Below, in pieces: positions 1 to 8,423 of a DNA stretch of 26,007 nucleotides (position 1 is the stretch's first letter; every line of letters starts with the position of its first letter). A model generated the notes under the pieces. It did not search any database and was not told where the DNA came from. It worked only from the letters and a program-made list of their open reading frames with translations. The translations under genes were made by a program, and so were the position numbers. The stretch spans positions 1 to 26,007 of IMG/VR virus record IMGVR_UViG_3300029781_000008. One strand, given 5' to 3'. This DNA comes from a virus.

Positions 1-7
1 TGGATAA

Positions 8-15
8 TTATATAA
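8..15 (+). promoter_or_regulatory. Archaeal TATA box for the structural operon
   Basis: TTATATAA ends 23 nt before ATG 39, consistent with a leaderless or short-leader transcript. Confidence 0.6.
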
Positions 16-38
16 GAGAAATAAATTCACGGTCAATT

Positions 39-326
39 ATGGGAATCGGTAAGGTTGTTTCCCGGGCGGTCTCTCTTGTAAAGAGGGGCCGGGCGAAGGT
101 CCTGATGGTCATCGCTACCAGCGTGACCTTCCTTGTATCGAATGCGAGCGCAGCATCGATCAACTGGACGGAGATCAGCGACATCATCAATGGTGTCGCT
201 ACCAATCTGTTCCCGGCGTTCATAACGCTCATCACGGCTGCGGTCCCGATCATCATCGTGGTCTCAGTCGTGAGCTTCATCGTGATGTTCCTGGACAAGA
301 TCCTTGGCATGCTCAAGATGCGTTGA
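39..326 (+). CDS. Putative major coat protein, inovirus pVIII-like architecture (95 aa precursor, ~57 aa mature)
   Basis: Basic N-region, hydrophobic core and A-S-A cleavage motif, then acidic amphipathic helix (INWTEISDIINGV), TM (FITLITAAVPIIIVVSVVSFIVMF) and basic tail (KILGMLKMR). First gene after the TATA box. Confidence 0.65.
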   Translation: MGIGKVVSRAVSLVKRGRAKVLMVIATSVTFLVSNASAASINWTEISDIINGVATNLFPAFITLITAAVPIIIVVSVVSFIVMFLDKILGMLKMR

Positions 327-673
327 TGATCTCAAAAACCACACTTTTTTTCCTGATTGTTTGCCTGGTGTCGACTTCTACTATTATGTCCTCATCTGCT
401 CTTTCAATAAAGTTTCAGGACCAGAGTATGGCAGGGGCACAGAGTATCAATGTATACAGTATTGTCAATGGGACGCATCTCTATTCCGGGAATACAACAT
501 CTCAATTTACCACTGATGAAAGCGTTATAATCGCGATATCTCCGGAAAGGACTGATTATATCCGGAACCCATCTGCATTTCTCACAAACGTCAGTTCGTT
601 TGTGAGCGGGAACATGCTCGAAATTATGGTTCTTTGCTTTATTGCGGGAATGTTTCTTTTTTGGAGGAGATAA
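323..673 (+). CDS. Small secreted, C-terminally anchored virion/surface protein (116 aa), paralog of the C-terminal domain of the next gene
   Basis: Signal peptide; C-terminal TM plus WRR; TGA/ATG overlap with the coat gene; aligns by eye with the last ~90 aa of 676-1455. Confidence 0.8.
   Translation: MMISKTTLFFLIVCLVSTSTIMSSSALSIKFQDQSMAGAQSINVYSIVNGTHLYSGNTTSQFTTDESVIIAISPERTDYIRNPSAFLTNVSSFVSGNMLEIMVLCFIAGMFLFWRR
581..606. repeat. 26-bp interrupted palindrome, copy 1 (CTCACAAACG-TCAGTT-CGTTTGTGAG)
   Basis: Perfect 10-bp inverted arms around a 6-bp spacer; identical to 1360-1385. Confidence 0.97.
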
Positions 674-675
674 GA

Positions 676-1455
676 ATGATTTCATGGATAGGTCGCGTAT
701 TCCTAGTATTCTGCCTGGTAGTCACTTTAGTCCAAGGTAACATTAATAATGGTGATTTTGAAACCGGCGATCTTTCATCCTGGTATTACTCCGGTATGAT
801 TGAAACAAGCAGCCAATCTCATACGGGCAACTATGCGTGTTATTTTGAGGATACAGGACCTGCAACACTTAACCAAAGTGTCGATTTTTCTGGATTTGAT
901 GAACTGCATATCTGGATCTATGCTGATAATATCGGAAATGGAAATTGCATTATCCAAATAGACGGTAACAACATTGATACAATTGCGCCTTCTACTCCTT
1001 CTATTTATGAAGAACGAATAATTAACATATCGTTATATAATGGTCTTCATATTTTACAGTTTTATGGAGATGATGGCCAGTTCTTTATCCTGGATGATAT
1101 TATACTGGGATCAACGCCCACACCGACACCGACCACAACAACACCCACTCAAACACCTACAACAACACCAACAGCGAGCCTATATGTTCAAATGATTGAC
1201 AAAAGCATTGCCGGCCCGCAAAAAATAGATGCTTTCTCATTAACCAACGGAACTTACCTTTTTACGGCGGACACAAGCTCCGAATTTGGATTATATGAAA
1301 GTATAATCATCTACATTTCCCCGGATCCTATTGATTATGCTAGAAACCCTCATGCACTCCTCACAAACGTCAGTTCGTTTGTGAGTAGTAACATCCTGGA
1401 AATCTTTATCCTCTGCTTTATCGGGGGCTTATTCATATTCGGACGGAGGCGCTAG
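676..1455 (+). CDS. Anchored surface protein with N-terminal carbohydrate-binding-like (CBM4/9/CenC-like) domain, Thr/Pro linker and shared anchor domain (259 aa; start moved from 634 to ATG 676)
   Basis: Signal peptide; NGDFETGDLSSW motif; TPTPTPTTTTPTQTPTTTPT linker; C-terminal TM plus RRR; GGAGGAG upstream of ATG 676. Confidence 0.75.
   Translation: MISWIGRVFLVFCLVVTLVQGNINNGDFETGDLSSWYYSGMIETSSQSHTGNYACYFEDTGPATLNQSVDFSGFDELHIWIYADNIGNGNCIIQIDGNNIDTIAPSTPSIYEERIINISLYNGLHILQFYGDDGQFFILDDIILGSTPTPTPTTTTPTQTPTTTPTASLYVQMIDKSIAGPQKIDAFSLTNGTYLFTADTSSEFGLYESIIIYISPDPIDYARNPHALLTNVSSFVSSNILEIFILCFIGGLFIFGRRR
1114..1173 (+). repeat. Thr/Pro low-complexity linker coding sequence
   Basis: ACN/CCN-rich run encoding TPTPTPTTTTPTQTPTTTPT. 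Confidence 0.9.
1360..1385. repeat. 26-bp interrupted palindrome, copy 2
   Basis: Exact match to 581-606 in the same orientation and at the same codon position (LTNVSSFVS). Confidence 0.97.
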
Positions 1456-1457
1456 AA

Positions 1458-3494
1458 ATGAAGAGAATCATCGTATTAGCTTGCGTTATCTTATGTTTAC
1501 TGATCCCATCGGTACTTGCATCCAACTCCTCGTGTTTTGACATTAACCAGGAACAATCGGTTGTCAAAAAGTCATATATTACATCATATTCCGGTGTGGG
1601 CGACACAATGGGGAAACCCAACGTTTTCTATGTCCCAAGTATTGAAAAATGGGGAAAGATCCAGATTTACACGTTCAACGCAGCAAAACCCTACGCATTA
1701 AGTGGAAGCCCCGGACATGAAGAACAAGTCACCGTAAAAGATGGAGCGACAATAATTGCTCATGGATTTATTGGTTATTTGGACAATGGGCCCTCCTCGA
1801 TAACGATATACATGTATTTTGATGATTGGAATTCAACAGGGTTGACAGGAAACAAAGCCCTGACACTTGATTATACAAATGATATACTAGGGCTCTCTTT
1901 TGTCTATGCAGGAGCACATAATTATGGAAATGATCTGGGTTATCCCTTCATTTGCGCAGGGGGTTCAAATGCAAGACCCGCAATGGTAGGGACTTCCTTT
2001 GATCAAACTGTTTATGCTTCTATTTTCCACAATGAGCTATGCCATATTAGTCCAATAACCGGATCCGTGCATATCGACTTAACCCGATATTCCTATACAT
2101 CAAGACTAGCGGTATTCGCTGATGGAACCCAATGGTTTAATGAAAGCAGTAATACTGATTTAGACATCACGATCTTTGGATCCGTTGTTAAAGCGCATCT
2201 TTGGAATGCTGATTTAACCTATTATAAAGTCTTTGATATCTCACCAGGAGTGACCCCCACTCCAACCACTATAACCCCAACTGAAACGCCCACTCCAGCC
2301 CCTCAATTCTGTGGTTACTGGTCATTTGCAGTCAATTCAAGTAATATCATAAGGAACCAGTGGGTAAAAGGAACCCTAACAGAAACAGACCCGAGTGATA
2401 ATTTCCACAAGATCGATTGGTTCTGGATAACAACCTCTGGCGAAGAGGTAATGAAATATTCTTATGTGAACGACCCGGGATTCTTCGGCCTCGGGGCGGG
2501 CTGGGTAAGTGTCGATCCGATTCTTGGGACTGCAACATCCTCAAGTGTCGCAGCAGCAAAGGAAAACGATATTCAAATCCCCTACACCGGAAAACAATGG
2601 ATCCGGACAAAAATTTACAGGGATCAATCATTAATTCCCCTACTATATCACGATTATCAACTAATTTGCACGATGGACCAGGTTGTTTATGTCAGTGAGT
2701 CAACTCAGGGAACTAACACCCTAAACGTAAACGTGATTGATTCACTGACACGGGCGCAAATCGCAGGCGTAACGGTAAACGCTCAAAACAAGCTCACCGG
2801 CGAATGGCAAAACAAATCGACCCCGACCGGGGGAGCGATCCAATTCAATGTTATTCCAGGGAATGTTTACCGGTTCCTGGTGAACAATCCCCCATGGGAG
2901 CTGTATGATAAGGAATACACGATCCCCAACCCCCCGGGACTCTATGAAATCCTTTTGCGCCGGCCATTACCCGACACACCAGGGAAAAGTTGGATCCAGT
3001 TCACGGTTAAGGACGCAAGCACTACTCTTAACCTAAGGGCGGCCTCCATTACCCTTTCCGATGGACAAAGCAAAACGACACTTCCAAGCGGATACCAGGA
3101 CTTCCAGGTAAATAATAGCCAAGAATATTATTTCACGGTTTCAAAACAGGGTTATACATCCGCAACCGGTTCATTCAATATATCGGTCAATACCGAAAAA
3201 CTGGTTTATTTATATCCAAAAGTCCCGACCACAACCGCAACAACCGTCCCGGGATGGACTCAAACCCCGACCCCCGTTCAGACGTATCCAAATGGGACCC
3301 CGATTGACGTAACAACATCACCAACAGGTCTAGCCACTCTGGATGTTGTCCAGCGCCAGGCAAAAGTCAACGAGGGGATGGATATCTGGTATGAAGGATT
3401 CCCCATGCTGGCCCAATTGCTCTTTCTTTGCGCCATCATGGGCGCGTTTGGACTTATGGCATCATCGATGGGTGGCCGGAGGAAAAGCCGTTGA
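1458..3494 (+). CDS. Large adhesin/spike-like virion protein (678 aa), positional analog of inovirus pIII
   Basis: Signal peptide; two Thr/Pro linkers; two carboxypeptidase-regulatory/PEGA-like beta-sandwich repeats (LNVNVIDSLTRAQIAGVTV; IQFTVKDASTTLNLRAASITL...VSKQGY); C-terminal TM plus basic tail. Confidence 0.75.
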   Translation: MKRIIVLACVILCLLIPSVLASNSSCFDINQEQSVVKKSYITSYSGVGDTMGKPNVFYVPSIEKWGKIQIYTFNAAKPYALSGSPGHEEQVTVKDGATIIAHGFIGYLDNGPSSITIYMYFDDWNSTGLTGNKALTLDYTNDILGLSFVYAGAHNYGNDLGYPFICAGGSNARPAMVGTSFDQTVYASIFHNELCHISPITGSVHIDLTRYSYTSRLAVFADGTQWFNESSNTDLDITIFGSVVKAHLWNADLTYYKVFDISPGVTPTPTTITPTETPTPAPQFCGYWSFAVNSSNIIRNQWVKGTLTETDPSDNFHKIDWFWITTSGEEVMKYSYVNDPGFFGLGAGWVSVDPILGTATSSSVAAAKENDIQIPYTGKQWIRTKIYRDQSLIPLLYHDYQLICTMDQVVYVSESTQGTNTLNVNVIDSLTRAQIAGVTVNAQNKLTGEWQNKSTPTGGAIQFNVIPGNVYRFLVNNPPWELYDKEYTIPNPPGLYEILLRRPLPDTPGKSWIQFTVKDASTTLNLRAASITLSDGQSKTTLPSGYQDFQVNNSQEYYFTVSKQGYTSATGSFNISVNTEKLVYLYPKVPTTTATTVPGWTQTPTPVQTYPNGTPIDVTTSPTGLATLDVVQRQAKVNEGMDIWYEGFPMLAQLLFLCAIMGAFGLMASSMGGRRKSR

Positions 3495-4426
3495 GACCAA
3501 TTGAGATCCTCCCACTCTTAATGCTCCTGGTCCTCTTCATCGTCCCGGTCCATGCCGAGGACCTGTCTGCAATCAACCCAAACGTCGCACAAATGAAACT
3601 ATTTGTGGACCATGGGTCGTTCACCTATCGGGCTGCGGATGATGGATATCTCATCAGCAGGGTTGCCTGGATGGTCCTTCCTGGAGAGTCCGTCGACTTC
3701 ATACTCGAGTACAACGATGGGACAACCTCAACAGGATATATCCATACATCGACTACGTTCCTGGTCTGGAAGGACTGCTCTCTCTCCCTCAATGGCCAAA
3801 CGCAGACTTTATCAGGTGCATGGTTACCGGGGACTTACGATTATTATTATGTTTGCTATGCTGTTTCAAATGCGACACAGTCCCCATCATATTATCTCGT
3901 TCTGGTCAAGGACAGCGTCGGATTCGGCGGTGACCAGCCAAATTACGCGAATCCAAACCAGCCCCTGAAAGGGGATATCATCTTCAAGAAGGCCCTCTCG
4001 GCCTCTCCGAGCGATAACCCTATCATCCAGGTCACGGAGGAAACTGAATCACTGTCAGGGACAACCCTGGTCCTGGCCACGCTCGATGAGCTCTTTGCCA
4101 CGCAGGAAATGCATGAGAACATCAGCGGGAACTTCCTGTCCTGGATTATCTCCATCGGAGGGCAAGTATTCGGGATGCTCTCGTTTATTTGGGGGCTCTT
4201 TTACTTTCTATTTATCGAGAATTTCATGCTGACGTTCCTCTGTATTGAGATGGGGATTCTGGCCTACCGGCTCAATACTGCGAGGGACGTATTCATGGCC
4301 TTTTCCTTGATTCTCTCGGACAACGAGCGCCTTCTCCGGGGACTCGTCAGGTTTATTCAGCTGCTTGTGGATCTCGTGTGGAATATCATCAATGTTGTTA
4401 ACCCGATGAGGTGGCTGCGCCCATGA
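3491..4426 (+). CDS. Secreted ectodomain plus multi-helix hydrophobic C-terminus (311 aa; pVI-like position); TTG start
   Basis: TTGA overlap with the adhesin stop; signal peptide ending VHA; about three hydrophobic/amphipathic helices at the C-terminus. Confidence 0.7.
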   Translation: MRPIEILPLLMLLVLFIVPVHAEDLSAINPNVAQMKLFVDHGSFTYRAADDGYLISRVAWMVLPGESVDFILEYNDGTTSTGYIHTSTTFLVWKDCSLSLNGQTQTLSGAWLPGTYDYYYVCYAVSNATQSPSYYLVLVKDSVGFGGDQPNYANPNQPLKGDIIFKKALSASPSDNPIIQVTEETESLSGTTLVLATLDELFATQEMHENISGNFLSWIISIGGQVFGMLSFIWGLFYFLFIENFMLTFLCIEMGILAYRLNTARDVFMAFSLILSDNERLLRGLVRFIQLLVDLVWNIINVVNPMRWLRP

Positions 4427-4569
4427 TGAAAAAGGGGGTCTTTAGAAGCCTCTTCGGCCTGGCACTCTATGACCATGGTGAACGGGTCTACCTGGCCAGG
4501 GGAGAGTCTCCCCTGGTGGTCCTGCGGAAAATCGCACTATTCATCGCACAGAAATACCTCGGAGGCTGA
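4423..4569 (+). CDS. Small basic hypothetical protein (48 aa, MMKKGVFRSLFG...)
   Basis: Not in the ORF track; ATGA overlap with the upstream stop; fills the gap and contains the GGAGG for 4572. Confidence 0.6.
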   Translation: MMKKGVFRSLFGLALYDHGERVYLARGESPLVVLRKIALFIAQKYLGG

Positions 4570-4571
4570 TT

Positions 4572-4979
4572 ATGGGTCTTTTTGCAAAGTGGTTCCGGCC
4601 GAAACGTAATTTCCTAATCTGGTCACCGAAAATCAAGCAGTTCGAGCTCCAGAAACTCTCCTGGAGGCCAGGACTCGCCGAGGACACCTTTAACAAGCGT
4701 GCCTGGGAGTTGGCCCCGGACCTGGTGACGTATTCACTCAAGTTCGGTCGGAAAGTCATTAATTTCATCATCCTCGACGAGGAGCGGGGCGTTGGCCTGA
4801 ACGTCGAGCCTGATGAAGGCTTGCTAAAGCTGAAAACTAACACGGAGCTCTCCGGGCAGCTCATAGATGCCGTCATGATCACCACAGCCTACCAGCTCAG
4901 CCCAAGCAACAAAAAGGTCATAATCGCGGCTATTGTTGGATTGATGCTAGGCCTGCTCTTTGGGATGGGGATGCACTGA
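4572..4979 (+). CDS. Membrane protein with single C-terminal TM (135 aa)
   Basis: GGAGG RBS; TM VIIAAIVGLMLGLLFGMG. Confidence 0.8.
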   Translation: MGLFAKWFRPKRNFLIWSPKIKQFELQKLSWRPGLAEDTFNKRAWELAPDLVTYSLKFGRKVINFIILDEERGVGLNVEPDEGLLKLKTNTELSGQLIDAVMITTAYQLSPSNKKVIIAAIVGLMLGLLFGMGMH

Positions 4980-5401
4980 TGGCAGCAGTTGAAACCAGGG
5001 AGTCGATTGTTGTCCGACCTGGCGAAGACCGGGCCCTTACGAGGGTTGCACAGTTTGCGCCTGAGGTCCTGCGCCATAATGCAATCCTCAGGCTCATGGA
5101 AGGGCGGGCGACGCTGTCCCGGATTTCGAAAGAACAAATTATTCTGGAGTCATTAGTAGACTCAGCCGAGGAACTCGGCTATAAGCTGCCCGCCACAAAG
5201 GTCCTCATCCGCTCGGCTCGTGAGCTCTCCCCTGGCCTGGACGGGCTCGGGCGGGGCGAGGCGGTAAAGTGTTTGACGCCAACCCCGGCAAACGTCGGTA
5301 TGTTCCCTGCCAGCGCGTTTGCCCAGGAGGAGAAACCTGGGCTTTGGGCCAGGTTCCTGGCATTCGTGACCGGGGCCAGAAACAAGGATGGAGGTTCTTA
5401 A
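4979..5401 (+). CDS. Hypothetical protein of the assembly block (140 aa)
   Basis: TGATG overlap; C-terminal amphipathic helix LWARFLAFVTG. Confidence 0.75.
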   Translation: MAAVETRESIVVRPGEDRALTRVAQFAPEVLRHNAILRLMEGRATLSRISKEQIILESLVDSAEELGYKLPATKVLIRSARELSPGLDGLGRGEAVKCLTPTPANVGMFPASAFAQEEKPGLWARFLAFVTGARNKDGGS

Positions 5402-5402
5402 A

Positions 5403-5555
5403 ATGGACTACTTGACAATTTGGGCAACGGATTGTTTCAAATTTGGGCTCTTGATGCTCGTGATTGGGATTGGGTGCGGGATGCTCATTGGGTATGGCCT
5501 CGGAAAACTAATCGCTCCGCAAAGGCCCGATGCAGTGATGAGCTATGCCCGTTAG
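5403..5555 (+). CDS. Small single-TM protein (50 aa, MDYLTIWATD...)
   Basis: Not in the ORF track; GGAGG upstream; Gly-rich TM LLMLVIGIGCGMLIGYGLG. Confidence 0.65.
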   Translation: MDYLTIWATDCFKFGLLMLVIGIGCGMLIGYGLGKLIAPQRPDAVMSYAR

Positions 5556-5922
5556 AGATGGACTGAGCAGCCGGCTGTCCGGGATCCCGTCCCTGGTCGC
5601 ATTCGCCATGGTGACCAGGATCCAAAAGGCTGACATGACAATCTCCGCGAGGACAAATCTCGCGGTAAAGCTGTTCTCGCTACTTTGGGCCAAGTATCGA
5701 GATGATAAGGGGGTCTCCGCGACCCTGGATGAGATTGGTCTTGACCTACGCAATCTGAGGGAGAACTATGAAAATGTCGTTGATTTCGAGACATGGGCCG
5801 CCGAAAAACAGTCCCAATTCAACCAGTTCTTGGATGGGATCGAATATCGGCTTGACCGGGTGGTTGTGCTCACGAAGATCATAGACACCGCGAGCCTGCG
5901 GGACATGGCGGTGCCGGAATGA
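5545..5922 (+). CDS. Hypothetical helical protein (125 aa; start uncertain)
   Basis: Fills the operon gap; stop overlaps the ATPase start. Confidence 0.65.
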   Translation: MPVRDGLSSRLSGIPSLVAFAMVTRIQKADMTISARTNLAVKLFSLLWAKYRDDKGVSATLDEIGLDLRNLRENYENVVDFETWAAEKQSQFNQFLDGIEYRLDRVVVLTKIIDTASLRDMAVPE

Positions 5923-6848
5923 TGGGCGAGATTCTATATGAAGAAGAGCCCATCGAGGAGCCGGTCCAGCTGGATCCCGATGAGGACGAGGAGAAAAAGA
6001 TATATTCGCTCTTTGAGCGTGATTTCCTGAAAAAGCCTGGAGAGCACCTCCTTGGGATCGGGATTACCGGGTCCGGAAAAACCCAAAAGAGTTACTGGTT
6101 TGCTAAGCAGCTGTTGCCACATGAGACGCTCGTTTGGTTTGACTGCGGCAAATCGTCAAACTTCGGGCGGAGCGCAGAGATTGGGCCCCTCTTCACATTC
6201 GGGGTCCCGGTCAATATTATCATCCCGATGGGTGTAGATATCCAGGTTGTCGGGTCCCCGGTCCCGGTGACAATTCTCAAAACACCACGACCCGCTGATG
6301 TATGGGACCTCTGCGAGGCGGGGAAAATCAATATTGTGGCGATAAACCGGTTTTTCCTGGACCCGGATCTCTATGCAAAATACACCGCCGAAGTGTTCCG
6401 GCAACTGATTATCCTCTCCCAAAACGCGAAGGACCGGCTCCGGAGACTCCTCCCAATGGCAATTTTTCACGATGAGTTCCAGGATGTTTCCCCGGGCGTG
6501 ACGATGGCCCTTTCTCCATCGCACCTATACTCGGCAAAAATTGTCGCGTGGAACATTAACAAGCTCAGGTCAATCGGAGTCAGGGTCTGTGCATTTACGC
6601 AAAAATATACCTTTATTTATCCTAATACCAGGGCAGCTTTCAGCTGGATCCTCTGTTGCAGGGGTGCATATTTTGAGCGGGAGGACCCGGACCTGGCAGC
6701 CTTCAACCGCTTGTACAAGCACCTGGATGTGTTCCAAGCGATCCTGTGGTTCCCCAAGCGGCTATTCAAGCATCGCTGGCGGTTCAGGCTCTACCAGGGG
6801 CCTCCTGGCCTGGTCATCTCGCATGAAGGGGTCCTGACAAACGTTTGA
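5919..6848 (+). CDS. FtsK/HerA-superfamily P-loop ATPase (putative genome packaging/extrusion motor), no TM
   Basis: Walker A GITGSGKT (6060-6083), Walker B AIFHDE (DE at 6471-6476), Arg finger KLRSIG, sensor FTQ. Confidence 0.85.
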   Translation: MMGEILYEEEPIEEPVQLDPDEDEEKKIYSLFERDFLKKPGEHLLGIGITGSGKTQKSYWFAKQLLPHETLVWFDCGKSSNFGRSAEIGPLFTFGVPVNIIIPMGVDIQVVGSPVPVTILKTPRPADVWDLCEAGKINIVAINRFFLDPDLYAKYTAEVFRQLIILSQNAKDRLRRLLPMAIFHDEFQDVSPGVTMALSPSHLYSAKIVAWNINKLRSIGVRVCAFTQKYTFIYPNTRAAFSWILCCRGAYFEREDPDLAAFNRLYKHLDVFQAILWFPKRLFKHRWRFRLYQGPPGLVISHEGVLTNV

Positions 6849-7093
6849 CCAGGTCCCGGTCAGGGGTCCTGGCCAGGATCCTGTATGGTCTCCCCGCACT
6901 CAGTACACCACCACCCGACCGGCACGAACCGGCCACGTGCACCACCTACCCGGACATATGCCCTGGTCATGGGTGCACCACATTTCGGGTGGGGACATCG
7001 CGTAGCTCTCAGGCGGGGCATGGTATGTATACATTACCCCTGGAAAAGAAAAGCATTTTGCGCTTTGATTGCTCAAGGAGAATTCATACCTGA
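6845..7093 (+). CDS. Small Cys/His-containing hypothetical protein (82 aa, TTG start)
   Basis: TTGA overlap with the ATPase stop matches the coupling pattern of the operon; the competing frame 6885-7151 cannot be excluded. Confidence 0.4.
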   Translation: MTRSRSGVLARILYGLPALSTPPPDRHEPATCTTYPDICPGHGCTTFRVGTSRSSQAGHGMYTLPLEKKSILRFDCSRRIHT

Positions 7094-7175
7094 ACATGGC
7101 TTTAAACCCTGGCACTATAACCTCTTCCCCGGCGTGGTGAACCAGGCTTAAGAGCCACGACAACAATCCTTTTAC

Positions 7176-8423
7176 ATGGCGTTCCATCCCAACATAAGTA
7201 TCCGCTCCCGCGAAAGCTCTTTCTCAAAACATCGGGCGAGCGGCCTGATTTCTGAGGATGATGAGGCTTTAATCAGGGAATACGTTGCGGAATACCATGC
7301 CCGCAGGCAGGTGAAGGAGCACAGAATCCAGAAGACCGTGGTCGACCTGATCCAGTGGAGGAGGTTCCTGGTCGTTCCTTTCCGGGAGGCCACAATCCAA
7401 AATATCTATACGGCCGTTTCCAGGCTCGATACCGAGCCGTCGATGACCGGGAGGCCCCATAAGCAGAATACCAAGCACGACAAGATACAGGCCCTCCGTC
7501 GCTTCATGTTATGGCTCATCCAGCGTGGGATCTCCACCGTGGACCCGGAGAGGATCCGGGAGATCCGGGTCCCCGAACGGGATCGGTATACCACTCGGCC
7601 AGAGGACCTGGTCACCCCGGACGAGGTCAGGCAGATGATGGAGGCCTGCAAGCGGTCCCGCTATCCCACGAGGGACCGGGCTATTATTGTCACACAATAC
7701 GAGAGCATGGCTAGGATTGGAGAGATCGGCCGGTTGACCTGGTCATCCCTGAAATTTGACGAACACGGGGTGATGATGACCATCACCGATGAGAAGACTA
7801 AGAAGCTGCGATACGTCCGGCTGGTAATGGCCACGGAGTACCTGCAGAGGCACCTGGAGGAGAGCCAAGCCAGGGGGCATGTTGAAGGCCTGGTCTTCCT
7901 CTCGGAGCGCGGCCACCCGATGACATACCCTGATTTCGAATCCATGTATAAGCGGGCCGCTAAAAGGGCTGGAATTAAGAAGCGGGTCCACTCTCACCTG
8001 ATGAGAAAGTCCCGGATTACTGAGCTGATGAAGAAGCGCCGGCAGGAATCTATCATCAAAAAAATGGCATGGGGCAACGTCACCACGAGGGAATGGGAGA
8101 CATATGCGGTACTGTGCTCCCAGGACATAGACGATGAGGTCCTGGACATGTACGGGATCCGGAAGATCCAGGACGCCGAATCGGACCCACTAGCCCCGAT
8201 CCAATGTGAGAAGTGCCTCGTGATCAATCCCCCAACAGCCTGGTTCTGCATTCGGTGCCGGGCTCCCCTCACCGACCAGGCCAAAGCGTCAATCCAGGAT
8301 AAGGAGGACCTGGCGAGACAGGATCCCCTTTATCAAAAACTGCTGGAGAGGCAAAACAAGATGATGCAGGACCTGGCGCGGGAAATGGGGTTGGACCCGG
8401 ACAAGGTTTCAGTCCTCACTTAA
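7176..8423 (+). CDS. int: Tyrosine recombinase/integrase with C-terminal double zinc ribbon (SNJ2-like architecture)
   Basis: Catalytic set: R (ESMARIGE, 7713), K (DEKT), HxxR (HLMR, 7995-8006), W (MAWG), Y (ETYA, 8103). CEKC...CIRC ribbon. Confidence 0.93.
   Translation: MAFHPNISIRSRESSFSKHRASGLISEDDEALIREYVAEYHARRQVKEHRIQKTVVDLIQWRRFLVVPFREATIQNIYTAVSRLDTEPSMTGRPHKQNTKHDKIQALRRFMLWLIQRGISTVDPERIREIRVPERDRYTTRPEDLVTPDEVRQMMEACKRSRYPTRDRAIIVTQYESMARIGEIGRLTWSSLKFDEHGVMMTITDEKTKKLRYVRLVMATEYLQRHLEESQARGHVEGLVFLSERGHPMTYPDFESMYKRAAKRAGIKKRVHSHLMRKSRITELMKKRRQESIIKKMAWGNVTTREWETYAVLCSQDIDDEVLDMYGIRKIQDAESDPLAPIQCEKCLVINPPTAWFCIRCRAPLTDQAKASIQDKEDLARQDPLYQKLLERQNKMMQDLAREMGLDPDKVSVLT

Noticed and set aside
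14-20. AAGAGAA shared between the window start and 16452-16458 as a possible att core
   Set aside because: Only 7 nt, purine-rich promoter-like sequence; not significant.
6838-6878. Palindromes CAAACGTTTG and TCCTGGCCAGGA after the ATPase gene
   Set aside because: Short, and CCWGG words are very frequent in this element; not distinguishable from chance by eye.
7120-7172. tRNA-like fragment (CTCTTAA on the - strand resembling a Lys anticodon loop) as an att site
   Set aside because: The stem does not form a canonical 5-bp/7-nt arm and no TTCRA T-loop follows.
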